From NCBI GenBank assembly GCA_028534125.1, contig CM052816.1, positions 48,610,001 through 48,674,000 of the forward strand: a stretch of 64,000 nt of DNA. The letters run 5' to 3'. A model generated the notes under the pieces. It was not told the DNA's origin and ran no database searches. It was given only the letters and a program-made list of their open reading frames with translations. Source of the stretch: Lama glama. Lineage: Eukaryota. Position 1 is the first letter of the stretch. Every line of letters starts with the position of its first letter. Of the stretch, positions 12,700 to 23,949 are shown one piece after another. Made by a program: the position numbers and the translations under genes.

Positions 12700-15600
12700 G
12701 AAATTGTCACTGCTAGCCTTACAAGCAGAAGCTGGACAAACTGAAAATCAAGGACTTTTTACAGACCCATCAGAGAGCTGAGTTTGCAGTGAAAACCACA
12801 ACCCTGGAATCTGGAGATAGGCTTATTCAGAGTTACAGCCAAGGAATGCATACCTGAAGAGAATACCCTGAAATTATAGAGGTGGAAACCCTTAAATGGT
12901 AATTTTCACTGGAAGCTGAGTATGAACTACTCTGAGAATGAGAAAAGCCTGGGAGTTGCTGTGTTAAAGAAGCGTCCATATTTTCAGTTTTACCTCCAGC
13001 AATACCACCAGATTATCATGGGGAAGAGCCAAATGAGAAGCTTATGGCATTCCAACCAGAGGTTAGGGAGAATAATCTTTGTGAAATTCACCCAGAGCAT
13101 TCTTCATAACAAAGACTGTACTTCAGGGCAAAATGCATTACCAGAACAGTATCTCACTTGGCAAGCGCATTTCTCTGACTAAAGTCCCATTTCTTGCCAC
13201 CCTGCCTCACCTATGAGTGGGGGAGAATGCTAAAAACCCTTCTGAAGGTTACAGCCCAGGGATATAGACCAACTAGACCAACTCTAAGAGGGTCATTTAA
13301 TCCAAAGACTGTAGAATGCTTCCTGCCCAACACATTTCCCCATCACAAAAAAGGACTTCATAATAACAGTGAATTACAGCTGAAAGACTTTGAAGATGCT
13401 AACTGTGTGAGGAGGAATACAAAGGGAAGCTTAAAGACAAGAGATGAGAAAAAAAAGGCATTCAAATTAGATAATTTAAAGCTTCTGGCATCTATAGCTA
13501 CAGTATACATAAATACAACTTCCAGCTGTATTAACAGAAATCCTCACACTGAAAAGCTTATTTACCTCAGTTTCTATTACCAGACACATAATGTCTGACT
13601 TTGAACAACACCAACAGAAAACTACAAGGCATGCAAAAAGGCAAGAATATTAAGAGATGAAGTAAGCAGCAGAACCGGATTCAGATACGGCATAAATTTG
13701 GGGATTATCAAGTAGGAAATTTAAATAACTATGATTAATATGTTCAGGGCTCCAACAGAAAAAAGTTAGGCAACACACAAAGGAATATTGATAGACTGGA
13801 GCCAGCTGAGGAAAGAATCAGTGAGTTGGAGATATTTAAATAGAAACCTCACAAATTGAAATGTAAAGATAAAAATGACTAAGAAGGTGTAATATAAACT
13901 TACTTAGAATACCACTAGAAGACAAAAAGAAGAAATGGAGCATAAGAAATATTAATTAATAGTGCTAAGAAATTTCCAAAATTCATGACACCATGCTGCA
14001 GATACAAGAATTTCAGAGAAGCCAAGTAGGAAAGTACCATAAAATCTAATCCTAGACATTTCATATTTTAGACTGCAGAAAAAGGCAAAGGGGAGATCTT
14101 AAAAGAAGCCAGAGGACATACAACACTTTATTTACAAAGGGAAAGTATAAGGAATACAGTGGACTGGAAGAGAGTGTACTGAAATATTTAGTGTATCAAA
14201 AGGAAAAACAAACAAACAAACAAAACTAGAATTATATATCTAGCAAAATTATCCTTCAAAAGTGAAGGAGAAATAAATACTTTTCAGATAAACAGAAATT
14301 GAGAGAATTAACTGACAGCAGAACTGCACTGTAAGACATTTTAAAATTAAGTTTTTCAGAAGCAAAGTGACATGGCATAGATCAGATACTGGTATCTACA
14401 TAAAGAAAATAATATCTTTAAAGAAGGAATAAATGCTTTCATTTATTATATTTCATTTATTATACAAATAAAATTTGTATCTTTATTTTCTTAATTAACG
14501 TAAAAGGAAGTTTTATTAAAATAATATTAGTAAAATATATTTTAGAGTACTACAGATATGAATGAATAATATAAATGGCAGCAAGGCTATAAAAAAAGAA
14601 GGGAGGAAGGGATTATACTCTGCAAAATGTTACCTGCACACAGATGAAGCAATATAGTGTGATTTGAAGGTGGATGTCAATGTGTATTTCAGTCTCTGGG
14701 TAACAACTAAACCAACTAAGAGTAGAAGTCTAATTTATATGCAAAAACAAGGAATAAAAATGGAAAATGTGTAATGCTCAATTAAAACCAGAGTACAAAG
14801 AAAAAGAGGGAGAAAGAAGAACTGATTATTGCAATAAGTAGAAAACAATTACATAGTAGATATTGACCCAACTAAATCTATAATCACCTTATGTGTGAAT
14901 GATTAAATGTATCAATTAAAAGATGGAGATATTCAGAGTTAATAAAAAAAGATGAGATCCAACTGTAATTTGTCTACAGGAAACCCACTTTAAATATAAA
15001 GTTTAAGGTAGATATAAAGTTTAAGGTGAAAAACAAAGGAATGGTAAATTAATTATATCTTAATAAAGTTGTTTTTAAAAGAGTAAAATGATGGAGAAAG
15101 ATACACCATGATAATGCTAATCAGAAATCTGGAATAGCTAAATTAAATTCACACAAAGTATACTTTAGAGAAAGAAAAGTTATCAGGGATAAAGCTCAAT
15201 ATCTCCTAATAATAAAGGATCAAATTCTCAAACAACTGCAAGTTAAAAACAGCATAAAAATACATTAAAACACTGCAAGAACTGCAAGGAAAAATAGAAA
15301 AACCATTATCACAGTAGAAAACTTCAACATCCTTATTCAGTGATTAAAAGAGAAAATCTACAGGGATAAATTTGACCTGAAAAGCATATGAACAAATTTG
15401 ATTTAATTGGACATTACAGAATATTTCTACTAAAACAGCACAACACACACATTTTCCTAAAGCTCACATGGAACATTCATCAAAATAGACCAAATTTTGA
15501 GCTATGAAATGCCTTTAAATTTTTTTTAAATATGAATCATACAAAGGATACTCTCAAAACACAATAGAATTGAACTGAAGATTAATAACAGAAGGATAGA

Positions 15601-16495
15601 TGAAAAATACCCAAATCTTCCAGTAAGTGGAGATTAAGCAAGACACTTCTAAATAACGCATTGTTTTTCAAAAAGTAAGCTTCCAGATAAATTTTTAAAA
15701 ATATTTTGAAGCAAATGAAAGTGAATATACAACTTAGCAATATATTGGGAATGTAGTAAAAGTTGTGCTTATAGGGAAATTTATAGCACTAAATGAATAT
15801 ATTAGGAAAGGGGAAAGATGCAATTTCAATAATGTTATGTTTCCACCAAAGGACTCTAGAGGAAAAAAAGCAATTTAAGCCTAGATGAATGGATAAACAA
15901 ACTATAGCATATCCAATAATTCAATAACAATTGAATATTATTCAGTGATAAAAAGAAATGCACTCTTAAGCAATGAAAAGAAGTGGAAGAACATTAAATG
16001 CATACTGCTTAGTGAAAAAAGCCAATTAGAAAAGGGTGCATTCTATATGATTCCAATTGTGTGACTTTTGCACTAATCAAAACCATAGAGACAGTAAAAA
16101 GTTCAGTGGTTGTCAGAAATTCAGAGGGAGAAAGGGATGAATAGGTGGAACCCAGGGGATTTTTAGGGCAGTAAGCATACTTTATATGATACTGTTATGG
16201 TAGATACATTTTACTAGGTATTTTGTCAAAATTCGTAGACTATACAACACAAAGAGTGAACCCTAATGAAAACTATAGGCTTTAGTTAATAAAATGTATC
16301 ACTATTGTCTCATATGTTGTAATAATTATTACAACTGTTACAATTATATAATCAATAATTGTTACCATTGTTCCAAATATATCACAAATTCAAGATGTTA
16401 ATTTTAGGGAAAGTGTTGTAGGGTATAGAAATTGTGCTTTCCACTCAATTTTTCTACAAACCTAAAAATGCTCTAAAAATAAAGTGTATTTTTTT
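12700..16495 (+). mobile_element. Old L1 (L1MC/MD-like): 5' region, ORF1, ORF2 endonuclease joined directly to 3' end
   Basis: ORF1-like GCAAAATTATCCTTCAAAAGTGAAGGAGAAATAAA near 14240. EN-like ATCACCTTATGTGTGAATG (about 14880), TGTCTACAGGAAACCCACTT and CATGGAACATTCATCAAAATAGACCA. Abrupt jump at about 15884 to AGATGAATGGATAAACAAA, then an L1MC/MD-type 3' UTR ending AAAATAAAG. Confidence 0.85.
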
Positions 16496-17002
16496 TGTTA
16501 AAAGAGCAAAGGGTTGGCAAATTTCTTTATTAAACAAAATAAAAGGACAAGTAAAAACCATGGCTTTATGCCTTGAGAACCTATGTCTTTGCATAAACAT
16601 TTCAGATGGCTGGAAAAATGAACTAGCTCCTAAAAGAAGTAGGTTTAGAATCTAACTCTTCAGATTGTTAAGAATAAAGGATAATCTGGCACATTTCATT
16701 AAAAGACTCTTGAATCAACTGAAAAAATAGTATATAACTACTATGAATGCAAGTATTGAAATTAAGAAGGATAAAATTTCAGGTTCACACTGCATTATAG
16801 GAGTGATCCTTCTTAGCGTCTATTTTGTAATGTGATTTATTACTTAATATATAAATGAGATAATTGAGTTGACATAAACATGAAAAATTTTCATTGGATC
16901 TTATATATATTTATAACATGAATTTCTGACTTCCTACTAATGTCTTCTATGTTCATTAATATCATTATGCTGTAATTTTTTTCTTTTTAATATGTTCTTC
17001 TA

Positions 17003-17137
17003 GGGGAAGGTATAGCTCAGTGGTAGTGTGTCTGCTTAGCATGCATGAGGTCCTGGGTTCAATCCCCAGTACCTCCATTAAAAAAAAATAAGTAATAAAC
17101 CTAATTATACCCCCCAAGTAATAAATAAATAAATAAA
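17003..17137 (+). mobile_element. tRNA(Ala)-like SINE, camelid Vic-1 type (long tail)
   Basis: GGGGAAGGTATAGCTCAGTGG (A box), TTAGCAT loop, GGTTCAATCCCC (B box), A-run, AAACCTAATTATACCCCCC and (AAAT)n tail. No clear TSD. Confidence 0.88.
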
Positions 17138-17999
17138 GACATCCATAAAAAAATAAAGAATTGTTCCATTATGGAAAAATGTTTGTAGCAAGAAAACAAA
17201 AGTATATAATGTGCTGAGCTAGATTTTACAAGGGGAATACCCCAAACTCTACAGTATCTTGATTTTATGTTAAAGTGGTTTAAATTTTGTGGTTGAACTT
17301 TCTCAGAAGCCAAAGAGCCCTATGTTGATATCCCATAAGGCAATAAAACACTCATATGATTGCCTTTATTGATTCAGTGTAGAACATTATAGAGTAGACT
17401 CTTCAGGGCTGTTGGTGGTTAGAAACACAGAAGTCAGTATATGGGCATTACATTCAAATGGAGGAAAAGTACTGTAGATTCATATATACAGCAAATAATA
17501 CTCCTACTCTGTGTTTAGAACCGGAGAATAGATGATAACTTTATCAACATTTGCAATAAATATGAATGGGAATAGATTCTGACTTTTTCAGACAAAGAAC
17601 ATGCAACTTTATTAATTTGCATGTTTCAAGTCCCTTAATAAATATTTTAGATATAAACAGACGTCTCTAAAATTTCAAACATAAAATTTGCATTTACAGC
17701 AAGTAATAGAAGCAAACAATAGCTTCCCAAACTAAAGTGACTGGTACATTCACAAACCCAAGGAAATGATGTAATCAAAACCAGCTTTATTTTTATTTCC
17801 TTCTTTCACTTCAAAATGTGTTCAAAAGTGGTAGTTTCTCTACCTCAATAAAAGCTTGAAAATAATCCGTCACTTCTCTTTCTAAGCTCAGATATTAGGT
17901 AGAATAATGAGCACATTAATTTCAGAACTGCAGCTTCAAGTTTAATCTCTAAAAACACAAGCTCCACCTTAGTGTGTGTGTGAGAAAGAGAAAGAGAGA

Positions 18000-18713
18000 G
18001 AAAGAGATCTCTTCAGTCCCAACTGGAGTACACTGCAATCTGGCTGCTTGCTCTGAATGATAATTCTTTGCATTTCTTTTCTCAACCTAGCCTTTCTAGT
18101 CTACTTAGTTGCTAATTGAAGTTGCTGAATCTTCCTGAGATGGTCCCTGGGCAAATGATGATTAGAGGAAGAACACAGTCTTACTTTTTGGGTGTACTTG
18201 TCACCTAGCATTGTGGATGCACTCACTTTCTTATGTGGATGTCTTCTACTGGGACCGCCTACTTGAAATTCATATGCTCTTAGTGGTGCCATTTCCCTCT
18301 CAGCTCTAGAGTCTGACACCTCCATCTCACACAAATACTCCTCTTTTGAGCCCTTAACCAGTCCAGTGGGTCCTTTCAGGCAAGACCTGAAACACCACCC
18401 AGATAGCTTTCTTTCATGTATGGGCCATATTTCATCCTTGGGAAACACTTTTTTTCTTACTTGGCAGTCAGGTGGGAGTAGCTACTTTCTAGATATAGCA
18501 GTAACTCGGCTTTGACTTCTAGGTGAATTGTCAGGCCATCTCTGCTGCCCTCCAAATTCCCTGAGATGGAAATCAAGTACCAGATCACTGTATCCCCCAG
18601 ATAAAGGAAACACATTCCAAATCATCTCAGTGGTATCGCTGATGCTAGAGAAAAGGGGTTACATACTTGCCATCCTGGCCCTCCTGGGATGAAGGAGCTG
18701 AGACTCATACTAC
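18000..18713. mobile_element. Possible ancient LTR-derived segment
   Basis: GC-richer island of about 700 bp ending ...CATACTACA. The ORF inside (18101-18448) is not recognisable and the family is unassigned. Confidence 0.3.
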
Positions 18714-18999
18714 AACTTTGTCGTAGGGAATACACTAGTAAAATTTATCTCTTTTCAACAGTTTATGACCCTTTGACATCTTGTATATGAATGAAAGACA
18801 GAAGACTTATGAAACTATTTTTTGTCAACATATTTCCATCTTCTAAATAACTTAAAAAAATTTTAGTCTATTTTATCATGATACTTAAGGTGAAACTGTC
18901 AATTTACTACTTTGTCTCCACATTTTGTTCCCTGTTGCAAGTATATCTTCTATTCAGTATCTCATTAGGTCTCACAATTCCATGGGGAATGTTTTCTAG

Positions 19000-19140
19000 T
19001 TATTCCAATTATAAAACTGAGGAAATCAAATTGAGGGTTAGAAGGATCAAGTAGTTTGCCTATAAGACAAAAGCAGTTAGTGTTAGAGAGGGTTAGATAA
19101 GCAGTATTTCCACATTTCAAGAGCCTATGTGCTCTTATCT
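19000..19140 (-). mobile_element. MIR SINE relic
   Basis: ATTCCAATTATAAAACTGAGGAAATC...AAGTAGTTTGCC. Confidence 0.5.
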
Positions 19141-19234
19141 GCTGTCTATGCCAGGTACTTAAAAAGTCAAGGATATGTATATCTGTGTGGTTGAAATTAT
19201 GAGTAGTCAAAACAAGATGTTGTTATTATTTTAG

Positions 19235-20486
19235 TGGAACAAACAAAGGTGTGGATAATATAAGTTACGAAATAAGAAAAGAAAGATGTTACTCTCTTCT
19301 GTCCTCTGTTGCCCCAAGAAGCAGAATGCCACCAAAGACAATTAGTTAAATGCACTGAATTACTGATTATACATCTTCCCTGAAACATAAATATCTATAT
19401 TAATTTAAATATAGGTTATAATAGAATTGAATATTCTACTTAGTTAAGTTTATACTGTAGTGTTTCCCTAAAGCCTTCAGGTGTTTTATGGTTTCAAAGG
19501 TAAATTCTGGGTGTTTGCTGTGAAATATGTAAGTGGAACAATGGAGGGGGGTGGTAATAACTGTACTAATTCTTCATTGAAATCCAGATAGGTTTAAAAC
19601 TGGAGTGGTAACTACCACAAATCTGGATTCCTGTTGTAAGAAATAGCCATGTTCCTGATAACTGTTAAAGAGTATGAACTTCAATTCACTACAGGCTTAG
19701 TTGTTAGCAAGAAACAGTAGCTAAAACCCATGTATAAAATATATGTAGTTTATCCACCCAGCAAGGGAAGCAAAATTTGTGCCATAATTAGAGCATATTA
19801 TCAAAGACCCATGTATGGAAAACTATATGTTATATGTTTAATTCCACTTTTATATTGTATATTTTAGTGGGATGGTATCAGCATATATTGACTAACATGG
19901 AAAAAATAAATAAACCAATACATTATTTATTAATAGGGTTAATCATAATCCTGTTCATAATATTTTCTTCAAAAGGACACAGATGTTTTTCTTATCATTA
20001 GAATTGGATATAGTAGTCTTTCATCTTAAAAGTTGAATTCCTTATTAATATATATATTTAAGCTGTTGATTAGAAACATTTTTTGGCAAGTGATCAAAAC
20101 CTTGAAGATACGTTTTTATTTTATACTTTGTAAGTAGGTTTAGTTAATGTTAGGAACTTGAAGATGTGCCTTATAGTCTCTACTCCTTGTTTTACTTTGC
20201 CTTGACTTTTTAAATTTTTTTCCCCACACTTATGATGTAGGCTATCTTGCTGTAGGTATATACACATAGATAGATAGATTTTTGTAATGGAAGAAGCAAA
20301 AGTATAGTATAAGTTCTGAACTAGGAAAAGATACGTTACTGTCTTCTGTCCTCTATCCCAAGAATGCCATCATATGCAATTAGTTAAATGCATCTGAAGG
20401 CCTTACTTCAGATGACTGACGATTTTGTTTCTTTATAGTTTCAAATGTGAATTCTGAGTGTTTGTTGTGAAATAATCTAAGGGAAA
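19235..20486 (+). repeat. Diverged local direct duplication (copies about 19235-19538 and 20288-20486)
   Basis: Shared blocks GTTACT(C/G)TCTTCTGTCCTCT, AGAATGCCA, CAATTAGTTAAATGCA, GTTTCAAA...AATTCTG(G/A)GTGTTTG(C/T)TGTGAAATA. Confidence 0.85.
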
Positions 20487-22559
20487 TATCTCATTTTAAA
20501 TAATTCCTTTGATTATGACTGGGTCAGACAAACAAACTTAGTGTTCTAGTATATGACCTGAGAGAAAGTTTTGTTGGTTACAGTTATTCCAAATGATAGT
20601 CCATATATGGGTGGTGCAGAAACAAACACAAACACCTCAGGAATAAACCAGAAGCATGTATTCTGTAGCTGGTCACTTGAGTAGTATAACTTCCATAACA
20701 CAGTTGAGGAAATTAAGCAGAAAATTATTCAGCAAGTATTCCAAACATATTAAAATATTCAATAATTCATTGACTGAAATACTTTCAATTAATAACCTTG
20801 ATTCTTTAGTTGTATTTTTATATCTCACAAGAACCTACTTATATATTTAAAAAAATACTTAATTTCAAACAACGTATTTCAGGGAACTATACAGCAATGC
20901 AAGACATCCATGAACCAAAGGCAACTGACATCTTGTAATTCAGAGCGGATCTTCTCTAAGGTTATTTAGACTTGAGAGAGGGAATACACATAAGGACACA
21001 TACTCTGTTAGAGGATTTTCCTTGAATTAATTTCCCTTTTCTACTATTATCATTAAAATCTGCTTAATAATTGCATGAATGAAAGATTTATTTCAGAGTC
21101 TAAATTGTTCTTATTATGGAGATGAGAGTAGACTGTATAGATGAGCACTATTATAGAGTAATCTCTGAAGGAGGATGGGTGGATGGATTCATCTATAGTA
21201 CTCTTCAAGGGGACATAGTAGAATAATAAATGACAAGTAATGATCATTTCTATTCCCATGATTATGTAAATGCTCCCCAGGAGAACGTTTATTATGAATA
21301 CTGTCATTGAAATCACCCTTCCTTCTGTTGACTAGAGCTGAATGCCTTTGAAGACCTGATTACTAAGCACTTCATAAGATGTAGCATGGGATGCTATCAG
21401 TCAGCACTGCCAAAGGAATGTCACTGTAAAATTATTTTGTTGTAAGCAATATTTTAAAGCAAATATTCGAACACCTCTATAAGGTATACTGAAGCTCTTC
21501 CAGCATCATAAGTAGTAATGAGTCTTATAACAAATTCAGCCATTATTGTTCTTTGAATCATGCTAATGGTTATTTAAAGCATTACTCAGCATGAGATTAT
21601 TTCAGTCAATGATACAAAGGGGCTTACAGAAGCATTTGTGTCATATACACATAGGCAACATGAAGAAATATCTTCCTACTTCAATAACATTTTCTGTAAA
21701 ATTTTAGGTGACATGATTTTGATTCATGCAATCATATTCTTCTTTCTTAGGGGTGCTTATCTGTATTTGTAAAGAATTACCCTAATGTAAGAATGTATAT
21801 TAGATCTGATAAATACATAAAATTTTATAAATACCAATTCTTTGACAATTCAGTTTCCTGATTTTATATGAAATACTTTTGGATATCAAATAATTTAGTG
21901 AACACTTTTATAAAACATTCTGCTCAGTTACCCATTTAAAACAGATGGTCAAAACCAGAAATGGCCCAAGTATCTGAAACATTTTAACTATCTTTAGTTA
22001 ACCTGTCTAATTATGTATGCATCTATTCTGTTCCAGACACCATCCAGGAACTGTGAAGAAAACAAATGAAAAGTAGAGAATATGGGCATTCTTTTCAATA
22101 AGCTTATACTCTCTGATAACAGAAAATATTTTGTAAAGAATTTAGAAAGCAGCTCTAAAAGAATAAGTAGACAAGAATAAGGGGGTGACATGAAATTATC
22201 TGCTGAAGTAGAGATAGAATTAAAGAAAGCTAGTCGTATGTTTCATGAGTCATTGTGTATAATTAACCTGGTTAGTGTATTGATGGAGAAGAATGGAGAG
22301 GCATAATCCACATGAGGAATGAGGAATCTGCAAGTGATTTAGAGCTTGCAGAAAGATCTTACCTGTGTGAAATAAGAGTGTAGTGTGGTCTGATGAAAGC
22401 AGAGATACTGAGATGGCACTAGAGAGGTAGAATTTATAGACAGGCCATTTAATGGAAGGAAATACAGCAAATAAATATGTAGTAGAAGGTTCATGGAATC
22501 ATTTTTATCAGTTATTCGGATCAAGAGCATAGCAATCCTAAGTACAAACACTTGCATAA

Positions 22560-22770
22560 ACTTTATTCAATTCCGTACTGTTCTATGATTTTTGCAAACA
22601 TCTATTTGTTTAATCCTCACAGAAGACCTAGGAGGTAGTTATTATTACTATTTCTATCTTAAAGATGAAGCAGCTTGCTGAATATCACGAAGCTACTGAA
22701 TATGGGGATTTGAATTTAAAACCAGGAAATCTCACTCTCAGGCTTTGTGCTTCTAAGCATTATCACTATG
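22560..22770 (-). mobile_element. MIR SINE relic
   Basis: TTTAATCCTCACAGAAGACCTAGGAGGTAGTTATTATT...AAAGATGAAG. Confidence 0.7.
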
Positions 22771-23049
22771 CTACTTTTCAGTGGGACCATTTTTTAAAAT
22801 AATCTTTGAAATAATGTTTGATCAAGTCATCACTATGCACCATGCACCATCATTATGTTTAATAAAAAATTATCAGCCCGATGATGTGTGGAAATTATCT
22901 TCAGTCATTCATATATAGACAGCCTGAGATTACATGTTCTGTTGAAAGCTGAATGAAGAAATACATATGATCACCTCTAAATACTGTTAAATATACATTG
23001 TCCAAAATTATATTATGCTTAATCTTCTTGTCCCAGACTTTCTTTCATT

Positions 23050-23165
23050 GTATTTATTAATACAGAAAATATTTGATGAGCACCTGTACTCCAAGTACTA
23101 GATAAAGCATTAAGAAACATGAGGTAAGTTTAGTTGCCACAGTACAGAAGATCACAGTCTAGGTT
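23050..23165 (-). mobile_element. L2 3' relic
   Basis: AAATATTTGATGAGCACCTGTAC...GATCACAGTCTAG. Confidence 0.5.
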
Positions 23166-23607
23166 CATAACATCCTTTCCTCATTCCGTATGGTACCAAG
23201 TGTCCTCTTTGTGTCTTCTCACTATGCTTTAAAATCAGCTTTTCAGAAAGAAATTGACACAGATTAACTCTGAGATGTCCTGAAATTTTAGGTGATGACT
23301 TCCCACAGAGTTATTTGCTGTCTAATGGTGATCAAATTTTAAAGATATGTGGTAAAGTTTTAGGAAGCATCCAGAAAATGAAAACACATTTATGCTAATA
23401 AGATTTCCAAAGAATTTCAAAAATAGACTTCAAAAGAGTGGTAGTCATTATATCACAGGAGAACAAGTTTGGATTCATCTTCATCCTAATTTGTGACACA
23501 TACACACCAGTTGTCTATACATGATTTTTCTTTGATTATTTCATCCTCTCTGTCCTCAAAGACTACATCCTCATATTCCCTAATCAACTGTTGTGTAATA
23601 AGCTTAC

Positions 23608-23682
23608 TCTCTTAGTTCAGTCAGTATGCTTATAACAAAATACCAGAGATTGTGTAGCTTATAAACAACATTTATTTCTCAA
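23608..23682. mobile_element. MaLR (MLT1) LTR end fragment
   Basis: TATAACAAAATACCAGAGATTGTGTAGCTTATAAACAACATTTATTTCTCA is a typical MLT1 terminus. Confidence 0.7.
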
Positions 23683-23684
23683 AT

Positions 23685-23915
23685 TCTTTTTCTGCATCAA
23701 TTGATATGCTTATATGATTTTTCATCTCTAGCTTGTTGATACAGTGAATTACATTGATTGTCAAATGTTAAATTACTCATACATCCCTGGAGTAAATCCA
23801 ACTTGATAATGCTGTATAATTATACATTTCAGGATTTGGTTTAACAATTTTCAAAAAAATATTTTGTATCTAAGATAACAAGAGATAATAGGTCTGTAGT
23901 TTTCCTTTTTTTGTT
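23685..23915 (-). mobile_element. L1 ORF2 fragment, antisense
   Basis: TTTTCTGCATCAATTGATATG, CATCCCTGGAGTAAATCCAACTTGAT, GGTCTGTAGTTTTC. Confidence 0.8.
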
Positions 23916-23949
23916 TGTTTTTGTTTTTGTTTTTGGTATTCATATGTTC

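Noticed and set aside
13194..13598. 134-aa ORF, the longest in the track
   Set aside because: Non-ATG start, lies within the L1 5' region, no recognisable domain.
17003..17076. Functional tRNA-Ala gene
   Set aside because: Followed by an A-rich SINE tail rather than an oligo-T terminator, has stem mismatches, and has two dispersed paralogues with TSDs in the window.
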